This document shows, in pieces, positions 1 to 9,264 of a DNA stretch of 64,000 nucleotides (its first letter is position 1; every line of letters starts with the position of its first letter). The stretch is taken from positions 1,248,001 to 1,312,000 of the forward strand of contig OZ255842.1 of the NCBI GenBank assembly GCA_965277805.1. The letters are read 5' to 3'. The DNA comes from Candidatus Lustribacter sp. Lineage in GTDB: Bacteria; Vulcanimicrobiota; Vulcanimicrobiia; Vulcanimicrobiales; Vulcanimicrobiaceae. The notes beneath the pieces are model-generated. The model searched no databases. It saw only the letters and a program-made list of their open reading frames with translations, and was not told the origin of the DNA. Position numbers and translations under genes: made by a program.

Positions 1-77
1 CGGGTGCCGCGAACCGCAAGCAAGGCCGCTCGAAATACGGCGCCAAGCGCAACGCCAAACCTACCGGTAAGAAGTAA
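1..77 (+). CDS. rpsL: 30S ribosomal protein S12, 3' end only (partial)
   Basis: Frame from nt 3 reads [24 protein letters not shown], the S12 C-terminal RSKYGAK motif; directly upstream of rpsG. Confidence 0.95.
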   Translation, partial: GAANRKQGRSKYGAKRNAKPTGKK

Positions 78-91
78 GCGAGTCGATATAC

Positions 92-562
92 ATGCCGCGT
101 AAAGGTCCGGTCCCGAAGCGACCGATTCTCCCCGATCCGAAGTTCAACTCGAAAGTGCTGTCGCGCTTCATCAACAAGGTGATGCTACAGGGCAAGAAGA
201 GTGTGGCGGAGCGTATCTGCTACAGCGCGCTCGAGATCGTCGAGACGAAGTCGGGCCGCGACCCAATGGACATCTTCACGCAGGCGCTCGGCAACGCGAT
301 GCCGCTGGTGGAAGTCCGCCCGCGCCGCGTCGGCGGCGCCACCTATCAAGTTCCGATGGAAGTCCGTCCCGACCGCCGTCAAGCGATGGCGATGCGCTGG
401 CTGATCAATTACGCCCGTGCCCGGCCCGGTCACTCCATGGAAGAAAAGCTCGCAGCCGAATTGATGGACGCCGCCAACAACCTTGGCAACTCGATCAAGA
501 AGCGCGAAGACACTCACAAGATGGCCGAAGCCAACAAAGCCTTCGCCCACTACCGCTGGTAA
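92..562 (+). CDS. rpsG: 30S ribosomal protein S7
   Basis: MPRKG start, [26 protein letters not shown] end. Confidence 0.99.
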   Translation: MPRKGPVPKRPILPDPKFNSKVLSRFINKVMLQGKKSVAERICYSALEIVETKSGRDPMDIFTQALGNAMPLVEVRPRRVGGATYQVPMEVRPDRRQAMAMRWLINYARARPGHSMEEKLAAELMDAANNLGNSIKKREDTHKMAEANKAFAHYRW

Positions 563-580
563 TCGTACCGCTCTAACATC

Positions 581-2683
581 ATGCCGCTCAACCGCGAACA
601 CCCCCTCGAGAAAACCCGCAACATCGGGATTGCTGCGCATATCGACGCCGGAAAAACGACGGCGACCGAGCGTATTCTGTTTTACACCGGCCGCACGCAC
701 AAAATCGGCGAAGTGCACGATGGTGCTGCGACCATGGACTGGATGGTCCAGGAACAGGAACGCGGCATCACGATCACCTCGGCCGCTACGGCGTGCACGT
801 GGCGCGACACGCGTATCAACATTATTGATACGCCAGGCCACGTGGACTTCACAGTCGAGGTCGAGCGCTCGCTGCGCGTCCTCGACGGTCTCGTCGCGCT
901 GTTCGACTCGGTAGCCGCCGTGCAGCCGCAGTCCGAGACGGTGTGGCGCCAAGCCAACAAGTACAAAGTCCCGCGCATCATCTTCGTCAACAAGATGGAC
1001 CGCATGGGGGCCGATTTCTTCAATTGCGTCGCGAAGATCCGCGAACGCCTCGGCGCGCCCGCCGTTCCGATCCAAGTGCCGATCGGCGCCGAAGCCGATT
1101 TCCTCGGCGTGGTCGATCTCTTCACGATGAAGAAGATCGTCTATACCGACGATGCCGGCTCGGTGATGGAAACCGACGAGAGCCCGACGGGCGAACTGCT
1201 CGAAATCGCGACCAAGTGGCGCGGCGAGCTGATCGAAGCGATCGCCGAGCAAGACGACGAGCTGCTCGAGCTGTTCTTCGACGGCAAAGACATCCCGATC
1301 GATCGCCTCAAGTCGGCACTGCGCAAAGCGACGATCGCCGGCCAGGTGCTGCCGATGCTGTGCGGTTCCGCGTTCAAGAACAAGGGCGTGCAGCCGCTGC
1401 TCGACGCCGTCGTCGACTTTCTGCCCTCGCCGCTGGAAGCCAAGACGATCACCGGCAAGGATCCCAAGACCGACGAAGACATCACCCGCAAGGCTGATGA
1501 TAAGGAACCGTTCGCGGCGCTCGCGTTCAAGATCGCGACCGATCCGTACGGCAACCTGACGTACTTCCGCGTGTATTCCGGCGTGCTCGAAAAGGGCTCG
1601 TACGTCTACAACGCGCGCAGCGGCAAAAAAGAACGCATCGGGCGCATCTTGCGCATGCACGCCAACCATCGCGAAGACATCGACGCGATCGGCGCGGGCG
1701 ACATCGCGGCGGCCGTCGGCATGACCGACACGCGCACCGGCGACACGCTGTGCGATGAGAAGCACCCGATCTTGCTCGAGAACATCGTGTTCCCGGAGCC
1801 CGTCATCTTCCAGGCCATCGAGCCGAAGACCAAGGGCGATCAGGACAAGCTCGGCATCGCCTTGACGCGTCTCGCGCAAGAAGATCCGACCTTCCGCATG
1901 CGCACCGACGAAGAGACGCAGCAGACGATCATCGGCGGGATGGGCGAGCTGCATCTCGAGATCATCTTGGACCGCCTCAAACGCGAGTTCAAGGTCGAAG
2001 CGAACGTCGGCAAGCCGCAAGTCGCCTACAAAGAAGCGATCACGAAAACCGTCGAGCAGCAGGGCAAATTCGTCCGGCAGTCCGGTGGTAAGGGTCAGTA
2101 CGGCGACGTCTGGATTCGTCTGGAGCCGCAGCCGGCCGGCACGGGTTACGTGTTCGAGAACAAAGTCGTCGGCGGTACGGTTCCGAAGGAATACGTCAAG
2201 CCGGTCGGCGAGGGCATTCGCGAAGCGTCCGAGTCCGGAACGCTGGCGGGTTACCCCGTACTCGATTTCAAGGCAACGCTCTACGACGGTTCGTACCACG
2301 ATGTCGACTCGTCGGAAATGGCGTTTAAGATCGCGGCCTCGATGGCGTTCAAAGAAGCCAACAAGAAGGCCGGCCCGATCTTGCTCGAGCCGATCATGAA
2401 AGTCGAAGTGACGACGCCCAAGGATTACTTGGGTGCCATCAACGGCGACTTGAACCGGCGCCGCGGTCAGATCCAATCGCAAGAAGAAGCTCCGGGCGGA
2501 GCCGTGGTGATTACCGCGGACGTGCCGCTCTCCGAGATGTTCGGGTATGCGACCGACATGCGTTCCGCGACTCAGGGCCGCGCGACGTACACGATGGAAT
2601 TCTCGCGCTACGAGAAAGCGCCGAAGTCCGTCGAGGAAGAGATCGTCGCGAAGGCTTCCGGCAAGAAGCTCGCGACCGCGTAG
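581..2683 (+). CDS. fusA: Elongation factor G
   Basis: [17 protein letters not shown] and NKMD GTPase motifs; 700 aa; str operon position. Confidence 0.99.
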   Translation: MPLNREHPLEKTRNIGIAAHIDAGKTTATERILFYTGRTHKIGEVHDGAATMDWMVQEQERGITITSAATACTWRDTRINIIDTPGHVDFTVEVERSLRVLDGLVALFDSVAAVQPQSETVWRQANKYKVPRIIFVNKMDRMGADFFNCVAKIRERLGAPAVPIQVPIGAEADFLGVVDLFTMKKIVYTDDAGSVMETDESPTGELLEIATKWRGELIEAIAEQDDELLELFFDGKDIPIDRLKSALRKATIAGQVLPMLCGSAFKNKGVQPLLDAVVDFLPSPLEAKTITGKDPKTDEDITRKADDKEPFAALAFKIATDPYGNLTYFRVYSGVLEKGSYVYNARSGKKERIGRILRMHANHREDIDAIGAGDIAAAVGMTDTRTGDTLCDEKHPILLENIVFPEPVIFQAIEPKTKGDQDKLGIALTRLAQEDPTFRMRTDEETQQTIIGGMGELHLEIILDRLKREFKVEANVGKPQVAYKEAITKTVEQQGKFVRQSGGKGQYGDVWIRLEPQPAGTGYVFENKVVGGTVPKEYVKPVGEGIREASESGTLAGYPVLDFKATLYDGSYHDVDSSEMAFKIAASMAFKEANKKAGPILLEPIMKVEVTTPKDYLGAINGDLNRRRGQIQSQEEAPGGAVVITADVPLSEMFGYATDMRSATQGRATYTMEFSRYEKAPKSVEEEIVAKASGKKLATA

Positions 2684-2742
2684 CCCAAAAAAAGTTTCAC
2701 CTAGTAGCGCACATCTAAACCGAAGGAACACAGAAGCAGATC

Positions 2743-3948
<1,206 letters not shown>

Positions 3949-3962
3949 GTAAGAGAGACATC

Positions 3963-4271
3963 ATGGCGAAGCAGAAAATTCGTATCCGGCTCAAAGCCTA
4001 CGATCACGCGATCCTCGATCAGTCCGCCGAACGCATCGTCGACACGGCCAAGCGTACCGGCGCGTTCGTGAGCGGCCCCGTGCCGCTGCCGACCGAGATC
4101 AACCGGGTTTGCGTGCTGCGTTCGCCGCACGTCGACAAGAAGAGCCGCGAGCACTTCGAGATGCGCACGCACAAGCGCTTGATCGACATCCTCCAAGCGT
4201 CCCCGAAAACGATGGACGCCCTCATGCACCTCGACCTGCCGGCCGGCGTGGATATCGAACTAAAAGCGTAG
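3963..4271 (+). CDS. rpsJ: 30S ribosomal protein S10
   Basis: [24 protein letters not shown]. Confidence 0.99.
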   Translation: MAKQKIRIRLKAYDHAILDQSAERIVDTAKRTGAFVSGPVPLPTEINRVCVLRSPHVDKKSREHFEMRTHKRLIDILQASPKTMDALMHLDLPAGVDIELKA

Positions 4272-4292
4272 TCCGAAAAGGGCACAATGAAG

Positions 4293-4318
4293 AAACCGCT
4301 CGCTTGGGCGGTTTTTTT
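4293..4318 (+). terminator. Intrinsic terminator ending the rpsL-rpsG-fusA-tuf-rpsJ unit
   Basis: Hairpin AAACCGCTC-GCTT-GGGCGGTTT running into a T7 tract. Confidence 0.85.
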
Positions 4319-4395
4319 ATGTGCGCCAGCGCGCGATTTGGAGAGGTCGGTGAGAGCGTGATATGGAGGGCTCGATTGGGGGTAAACCTCCGGGC

Positions 4396-4839
4396 ATGAA
4401 TATAAAGCGCACCCTTGCTTCGGTCGCGCTGGCCGGCACGGTCGCCTGGACCGCGGTCCCGGCTCGTCCCGCGTTGGCCGACGGCGCGGCATCCACGCGC
4501 AATATCATCGGCGGCGCAGCGGTCATCGGCGGAACCTTGCTGATCATCAACCACAACAAGCAAGTTCACGCGAAAGAAGACCAGATGGCTTCGGCTCAGG
4601 CCCAGTCCGAAGAAAACGCGAACAACGCGCAAGCGGCATATCAGGCGGAACGCAGGGCGTACCGCGCGCAAGTCGCGATCAACAATGAGTACAAGCACGA
4701 GGTCGCGCTGCAGCATAAGCTGATCGTCCAAATGCGCGGCCAGCTCGCCTCAGCGCACCGCTCGGGCTACGTTAGCCAAGCCCCGGCTCAGCAGCCGGCT
4801 CGCGTCGCGACGACGTCGTACGGCTGGGGAACGCTCTAA
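4396..4839 (+). CDS. Hypothetical exported protein with coiled-coil-like Q/A/N-rich segment
   Basis: [14 protein letters not shown] signal peptide with ALA cleavage site; hydrophobic [15 protein letters not shown] segment; GC3-rich codon usage. ATG 4396 preferred over 4363. Confidence 0.75.
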   Translation: MNIKRTLASVALAGTVAWTAVPARPALADGAASTRNIIGGAAVIGGTLLIINHNKQVHAKEDQMASAQAQSEENANNAQAAYQAERRAYRAQVAINNEYKHEVALQHKLIVQMRGQLASAHRSGYVSQAPAQQPARVATTSYGWGTL

Positions 4840-4842
4840 GCC

Positions 4843-5235
4843 ATGCGCTCGAGCCTCATCTGCGCGAGCGGTGTGTTCGCGCTTGGCCTCGCCGCGTGCG
4901 GCGGCGGCGCGGGCGACGGGACGTCACCTCAGAAGGTCACGAACGACGTCACGGCCGCCGTGTACAACGACGACCTCAACGCCATGCAATCGCACTTCGA
5001 CGACGCGCTGAAGAAGCAAGTCACGATCGACGGCGTCGCGACGCTCTCGCAAAAACTGCACGCCTTCGGCGCATATAATGGCGTCACCCAAACAGCTGCC
5101 GATTCGACCGGCGGACGCTACGATTATAACGCCGGCTTCGATAAAGCCACGATGGCCGTCCACGTTCGGGTTGATTCGGACGGACGAATCGCTGCCTACC
5201 GGATCGACGTCCCGCAGAACGTCGCATCACGATAA
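4843..5235 (+). CDS. Hypothetical lipoprotein
   Basis: Lipobox LAA-C after a hydrophobic stretch; 3 nt after the previous gene. Confidence 0.75.
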   Translation: MRSSLICASGVFALGLAACGGGAGDGTSPQKVTNDVTAAVYNDDLNAMQSHFDDALKKQVTIDGVATLSQKLHAFGAYNGVTQTAADSTGGRYDYNAGFDKATMAVHVRVDSDGRIAAYRIDVPQNVASR

Positions 5236-5252
5236 ACGGAGTAACGACGTTC

Positions 5253-5513
5253 ATGCTTTCGAATCAAAAGATCGCGGCGATCTACAACCTTCGCACGGCG
5301 GTCGAGGCTAAGGTCAAAGCCGAACAGCGCCTGAAGAACGTACCCTCAGCCGATGCTCGCATCGCGCTGCTGAACGCGACGCTCGAGGTCGAGGCGAAAA
5401 CGCAGACCGCGATCGAGGCCTGTCACGCATGCGGCCGCAAGCACGAACCCGAGGAAATGCCCTGCGACAACGTCATCGAAGTCGACTTCGGCGTCGACCA
5501 ATCGATCGGTTAG
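5253..5513 (+). CDS. Hypothetical small protein with CxxC...H...C motif
   Basis: GGAG RBS upstream; helical N-terminus then CHACGRKHEPEEMPC. Confidence 0.65.
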   Translation: MLSNQKIAAIYNLRTAVEAKVKAEQRLKNVPSADARIALLNATLEVEAKTQTAIEACHACGRKHEPEEMPCDNVIEVDFGVDQSIG

Positions 5514-5929
5514 CCGACGCCGGCGCCCTGCTGCCGGGCGACCGGCAGGCGTTTGGTGAGGCGCACGCACGACCCGCGCTCGTCGAAGTCCACCTGATCC
5601 ATCAGGTGGCGCATTAAGTAGATGCCGAACCCGCGGGGGGCGTCGTGCGCCGGCTTCGGCGCAGACGGATTGCAGAGAAAGCCGCGGCCCTCGTCTTGCA
5701 CTTCGATGACGATGCTGTCCCGCTCGACGAAGACGCGAACTTCGAAACCGCTGCCGGCCTGGTGTCCGTGTTCGGCGGCGTTGGCCAAGGCCTCGCCGAC
5801 GGCCGTTTCGATATCGGCCAAATCGCCGTCCGGGTACCCGAACGAGGCAATATGCGCAATTAACGAGCGTCGCGCAAATGCCGCCGCCCGCCGAGTATTC
5901 GGAAACCGCGCCCGGAAATCACCTGTCAT
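5510..5929 (-). CDS. RsbW/SpoIIAB-like anti-sigma factor kinase (HATPase_c-type ATP-binding protein)
   Basis: N-box AVGEALANAAEHG, G1 DEGRGF, G2 RGFGIYLMRHLMD; start set at ATG 5929 (MTGDF). Confidence 0.85.
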   Translation of the reverse strand: MTGDFRARFPNTRRAAAFARRSLIAHIASFGYPDGDLADIETAVGEALANAAEHGHQAGSGFEVRVFVERDSIVIEVQDEGRGFLCNPSAPKPAHDAPRGFGIYLMRHLMDQVDFDERGSCVRLTKRLPVARQQGAGVG

Positions 5930-6021
5930 AGTTGCGTTAAGACGCGTATACCACGAAACGGCGAAGTCCAACCGCTGCCTCGCTTGAAAGAACCGGCCGG
6001 CTGAATCCGAACCTCCGGGAC

Positions 6022-6447
6022 ATGCCCATTCCGCTCGACGTTTCGTTCGAACGCACGTTTTCTGGTACTCCGAAGCGTATTTACCAGCTCCTGACCGAGA
6101 TGGGGACGTCGGCCGACGCCATCTGGCCATTCGCCTCGCAGCCGTTCATGCGCAGCGCCGGCCCGCTCGTGCCGGGTCAAACCGAGGAGTGGCACCTTGG
6201 GCTGCACGCGGTGCTGGAGTCGGTCGAGCCGGAGAAGAGCATCATCTGGCGGATCGACAACGACGGGGTCGACGGCACGCACGGCTTCACGATCGTCCAA
6301 GACGGCAAGAAGAGCACCGTAATCCACCGGGTATGCGCCGAGCTGTCCGACCTCGACGGCCGGCTGCTCTGGAAGCGGGTGGAAGATGGTCATCAGCGCG
6401 CCATCGAGGGATTGTTCGACAAGCTGGGGCGCGTCCTCAAGCGTTAG
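6022..6447 (+). CDS. SRPBCC/START-fold-like hypothetical protein
   Basis: 141 aa with beta-rich VEPEKSIIWR core and a C-terminal amphipathic helix, as in SRPBCC proteins. Confidence 0.55.
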   Translation: MPIPLDVSFERTFSGTPKRIYQLLTEMGTSADAIWPFASQPFMRSAGPLVPGQTEEWHLGLHAVLESVEPEKSIIWRIDNDGVDGTHGFTIVQDGKKSTVIHRVCAELSDLDGRLLWKRVEDGHQRAIEGLFDKLGRVLKR

Positions 6448-6459
6448 CGGATCCGCTCG

Positions 6460-6858
6460 CTATTTCGGCTTCATCGTGGTGGAGTTGAGGATCGGGATCT
6501 GCGTGTACGCTTTCCCCGCCGGAATCGACGAGAGGTAGGCGTAGATGTTAGCGAGGTCGCTCGTCGGCAGAATTTTCTCGGAGAACGACGGCATGTTTCC
6601 GCTCGGCTTGCGGACGTAGGCGTTCACTGCCGCCCACGGCAGCGGATGCGGCGCTAGCCGGGCGCCGGTGCCGTAGTTGCCCTGACCGACGGTGCCGTGG
6701 CACTCGTAGCAGCCGTAGCGCAAGAACGCGGCTTTGCCGCGCGCCGCATCGCCGGGCGGCGGCGCCGGCGCGGCCGCCGTGGTTTGGGCGAGCGCGCCAT
6801 GGACGGAGAAGAGCGCCGCGGCCATCACGGCGAGTGCGAGCGTTATCAAGCGTTGCAT
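6460..6858 (-). CDS. Monoheme class I cytochrome c (copy 2)
   Basis: Sec signal peptide ending ALA-Q; CYECH heme-binding motif; MPSF distal Met; IYAYL C-terminal helix. Confidence 0.92.
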   Translation of the reverse strand: MQRLITLALAVMAAALFSVHGALAQTTAAAPAPPPGDAARGKAAFLRYGCYECHGTVGQGNYGTGARLAPHPLPWAAVNAYVRKPSGNMPSFSEKILPTSDLANIYAYLSSIPAGKAYTQIPILNSTTMKPK

Positions 6859-6869
6859 CAGCGTAATCC

Positions 6870-8831
6870 TTACCGTGGCTGCGAGACGACGTCGATGACG
6901 GCCGGCAAGCCGCTTTTCACGACCTTCAGCGCGCGCGCGATCGCAGGCGCGAGCTGATCGGGCTGCGTGATCGGACCTTCACCGTGCACGCCCATCGACT
7001 CCGCAAACTTCGCGAAGTCGATGTTCGGGCTCGTGATCAGGGTGCCGGTGCGGGCCATTTCGGGCCCGCGTTCGCGGCGGCTCGCCATGCGCTGAAGGTG
7101 CATCGTTTCCTGATGCCAGGCGCGGTTGTTGTGCACGACCGTCAGCATCGGAACTTTGTGATGCGACGCGGTCCACAGCGTGCCGGGTGCGACCATGAAG
7201 TCGCCGTCGCCGTTGAAGTTCACCGAGTAGCGGCCCTGATCGCGCGCGGCGATCGCCGCGCCGAGCGCCGACGGTAAACCCTCGCCGACGCCGTAGGCGC
7301 CACCGTCGCTGCAGATGTGGTGATACTTGTCGAGGTCCCACAGACGATTCGGATACTGCCCTTGATAGAACGTTCCGGACACGAGCGAGAAATCGTCGTT
7401 CTTGATCTGCGCGTAGACTTCGGCCACCCAGCGGCCGACCGTGATCGGCGATGCATCCCAGCTCGTCGACGCGAGCGCGAGATCCGCCTGACGGCGCTTC
7501 GAGAACGAATCGACGAAGGCTTGAGCGCGGGTGGGATTCTGCGCGCGCCGTTCGCTCGTCATCGCGCGGTTCACCGCGTCGATCAGATATGGCAGCGAGG
7601 CTTCGCTGTCGCCCGCGATCGGCATCGTCGGCTCGTAGAAGCGCTGCTGGTCTTGGTAGTTGCCGGAACCTTGCAGATACAGCGCGTTGATCGAGATGAC
7701 CGTCGTCGTCGGTTTGATGCGCATGGTCGAGGCGCGGACCGGGAAGTCGGGAACGTCGCCGACGAGTCCGAAAAGATCGGTCAGTTCGAGTCCGAGGATG
7801 ACGTCGGCTTTGCCGAGCAGCGTGCGATCGAACGAACCGTTGAGGTGGTGGTTCGTCGGGAAGTTCATGCGATTGCCGTAGTCGATGACCGGGATCTGCA
7901 ACGCTTCCGCGAGTTGCACGAGGTGCGCCATGCCGTCGGCCGTACGCGCGCAGCGGTCGGCGACGATGATCGGGAACTGCGCGTTGACCAGCGCCTTCGC
8001 GACGTCGGCGAGGGCTGCCGGATCGGCCACCGGCGGCCGCACCGGAGCGTATTTCGGCAGCGGCAATTGCTTCTGATCGTTCGGCATCTCGGCCAAATCG
8101 GCGTCGACGATCACCATCGTTGGTCCCATCAACGGAGTCGTTGCGAGCGACGTCGCCTTCATGGTCTCTTCGCCGAACGATTGCAGCGACATCGGTGACG
8201 TATCGTACTTGATGAAGCCGCGCACGATCGCGGCCACGTCGGTGGCCGTGTGGTACCATTCGACGCCGGGCCGGCGGGTTGCACCGTCGGCGATGTTGCC
8301 GACGAAGATCACCATCGGCACGCGCGCCGCGTACGCGTTGTAGATATTCATCGAGGCGTGCTGCAGGCCGACGGTGTTGTGCACGATGATCGCCATCGGC
8401 TTGCCGGCCATCTGCGCGTAGCCCATCGCGATGCCCGACGAAATCTCTTCGTGCACGCACGAGAGCAATTCGGGTTTCGCGTTACCGCCGTAATTGGTGA
8501 TCGACTCCTGGAGTCCGCGGAACGTCGATCCCGGCATGCACGTAATGTAGTCGAAGCCGACGTGCTTGATGCAATCGACCATGTAGTCCGAGCCGGCGTT
8601 GTGTACGTGCCAGCGGTCGACGTCGGGCGCCGGCGTACCGGTTTCTTGGGCCATCAGACGCGGCCCGGGGAGGGGCGCGCTTGCGAGCGGCACGACGGGC
8701 GCGTTGGCTGTGGTCGCGCCGGCAGCGGCTGCCGCCGCCGGTGCGACGCCCGCAGCGGCAGCGCCAGCGCCGCCCGCGGCAATTCCGGCGAGGAATCCGC
8801 GGCGGTCGACTCCGGAATCTTTCTTTGCCAT
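6870..8831 (-). CDS. ThDP-dependent enzyme (AHAS/benzoylformate decarboxylase superfamily) with twin-arginine signal peptide (copy 2)
   Basis: DRRGFLAG Tat motif then Ala/Gly-rich h-region; HEE catalytic Glu; GDGD...HNN ThDP/Mg motif. Confidence 0.9.
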   Translation of the reverse strand: MAKKDSGVDRRGFLAGIAAGGAGAAAAGVAPAAAAAAGATTANAPVVPLASAPLPGPRLMAQETGTPAPDVDRWHVHNAGSDYMVDCIKHVGFDYITCMPGSTFRGLQESITNYGGNAKPELLSCVHEEISSGIAMGYAQMAGKPMAIIVHNTVGLQHASMNIYNAYAARVPMVIFVGNIADGATRRPGVEWYHTATDVAAIVRGFIKYDTSPMSLQSFGEETMKATSLATTPLMGPTMVIVDADLAEMPNDQKQLPLPKYAPVRPPVADPAALADVAKALVNAQFPIIVADRCARTADGMAHLVQLAEALQIPVIDYGNRMNFPTNHHLNGSFDRTLLGKADVILGLELTDLFGLVGDVPDFPVRASTMRIKPTTTVISINALYLQGSGNYQDQQRFYEPTMPIAGDSEASLPYLIDAVNRAMTSERRAQNPTRAQAFVDSFSKRRQADLALASTSWDASPITVGRWVAEVYAQIKNDDFSLVSGTFYQGQYPNRLWDLDKYHHICSDGGAYGVGEGLPSALGAAIAARDQGRYSVNFNGDGDFMVAPGTLWTASHHKVPMLTVVHNNRAWHQETMHLQRMASRRERGPEMARTGTLITSPNIDFAKFAESMGVHGEGPITQPDQLAPAIARALKVVKSGLPAVIDVVSQPR

Positions 8832-8842
8832 GAGGGGCTACC

Positions 8843-9253
8843 TTATTTGGGCGTCATCGTGGAATTGAGTAACGGAAGTTGCGAGCCGGGTTTGCCGGCG
8901 GGGATCGACGAGAGATAGGCATAGATGTCGGCCAGCGTCGCATCCGGCAAGATCTTGACGGAGAACGACGGCATGTCGCCGCGCGGCCGCCGCACGTACG
9001 AACTCACGAGCGACCACGGCGGCGCCTTCGCCGCGATGCGCGCACCGGTGCCGAAGTTCCCTTGGCCCACGGTGCCGTGGCACTCGTAGCAGCCGAAGCT
9101 CATGAAGGCGGCTTTGCCGCGCGCGACGTCACCGGGTGGTGCGGTTGCCGCCGCCGCGGGTGCTGCGGCCGGCGTGCCTTGAGCCGAAGCACCGTGCGCG
9201 CTGACGAGCAGCGCCGCGACCAGCGCGAGCGTGAACGAAGCAATACGATTCAT
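8843..9253 (-). CDS. Monoheme class I cytochrome c (copy 1)
   Basis: MNRIASFTLALVAALL signal peptide, CYECH, MPSF; GAGGGA RBS suits ATG 9253. Confidence 0.92.
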   Translation of the reverse strand: MNRIASFTLALVAALLVSAHGASAQGTPAAAPAAAATAPPGDVARGKAAFMSFGCYECHGTVGQGNFGTGARIAAKAPPWSLVSSYVRRPRGDMPSFSVKILPDATLADIYAYLSSIPAGKPGSQLPLLNSTMTPK

Positions 9254-9264
9254 CTGCATTCCCT

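Noticed and set aside
185-2731. 848-aa antisense ORF, and similar long opposite-strand or off-frame ORFs throughout (e.g. 2701-3942, 30538-32910, 37088-38434, 43616-44950, 60982-62922)
   Set aside because: Shadows of real high-GC3 genes; Arg/Ala/Gly-rich with no recognisable motifs
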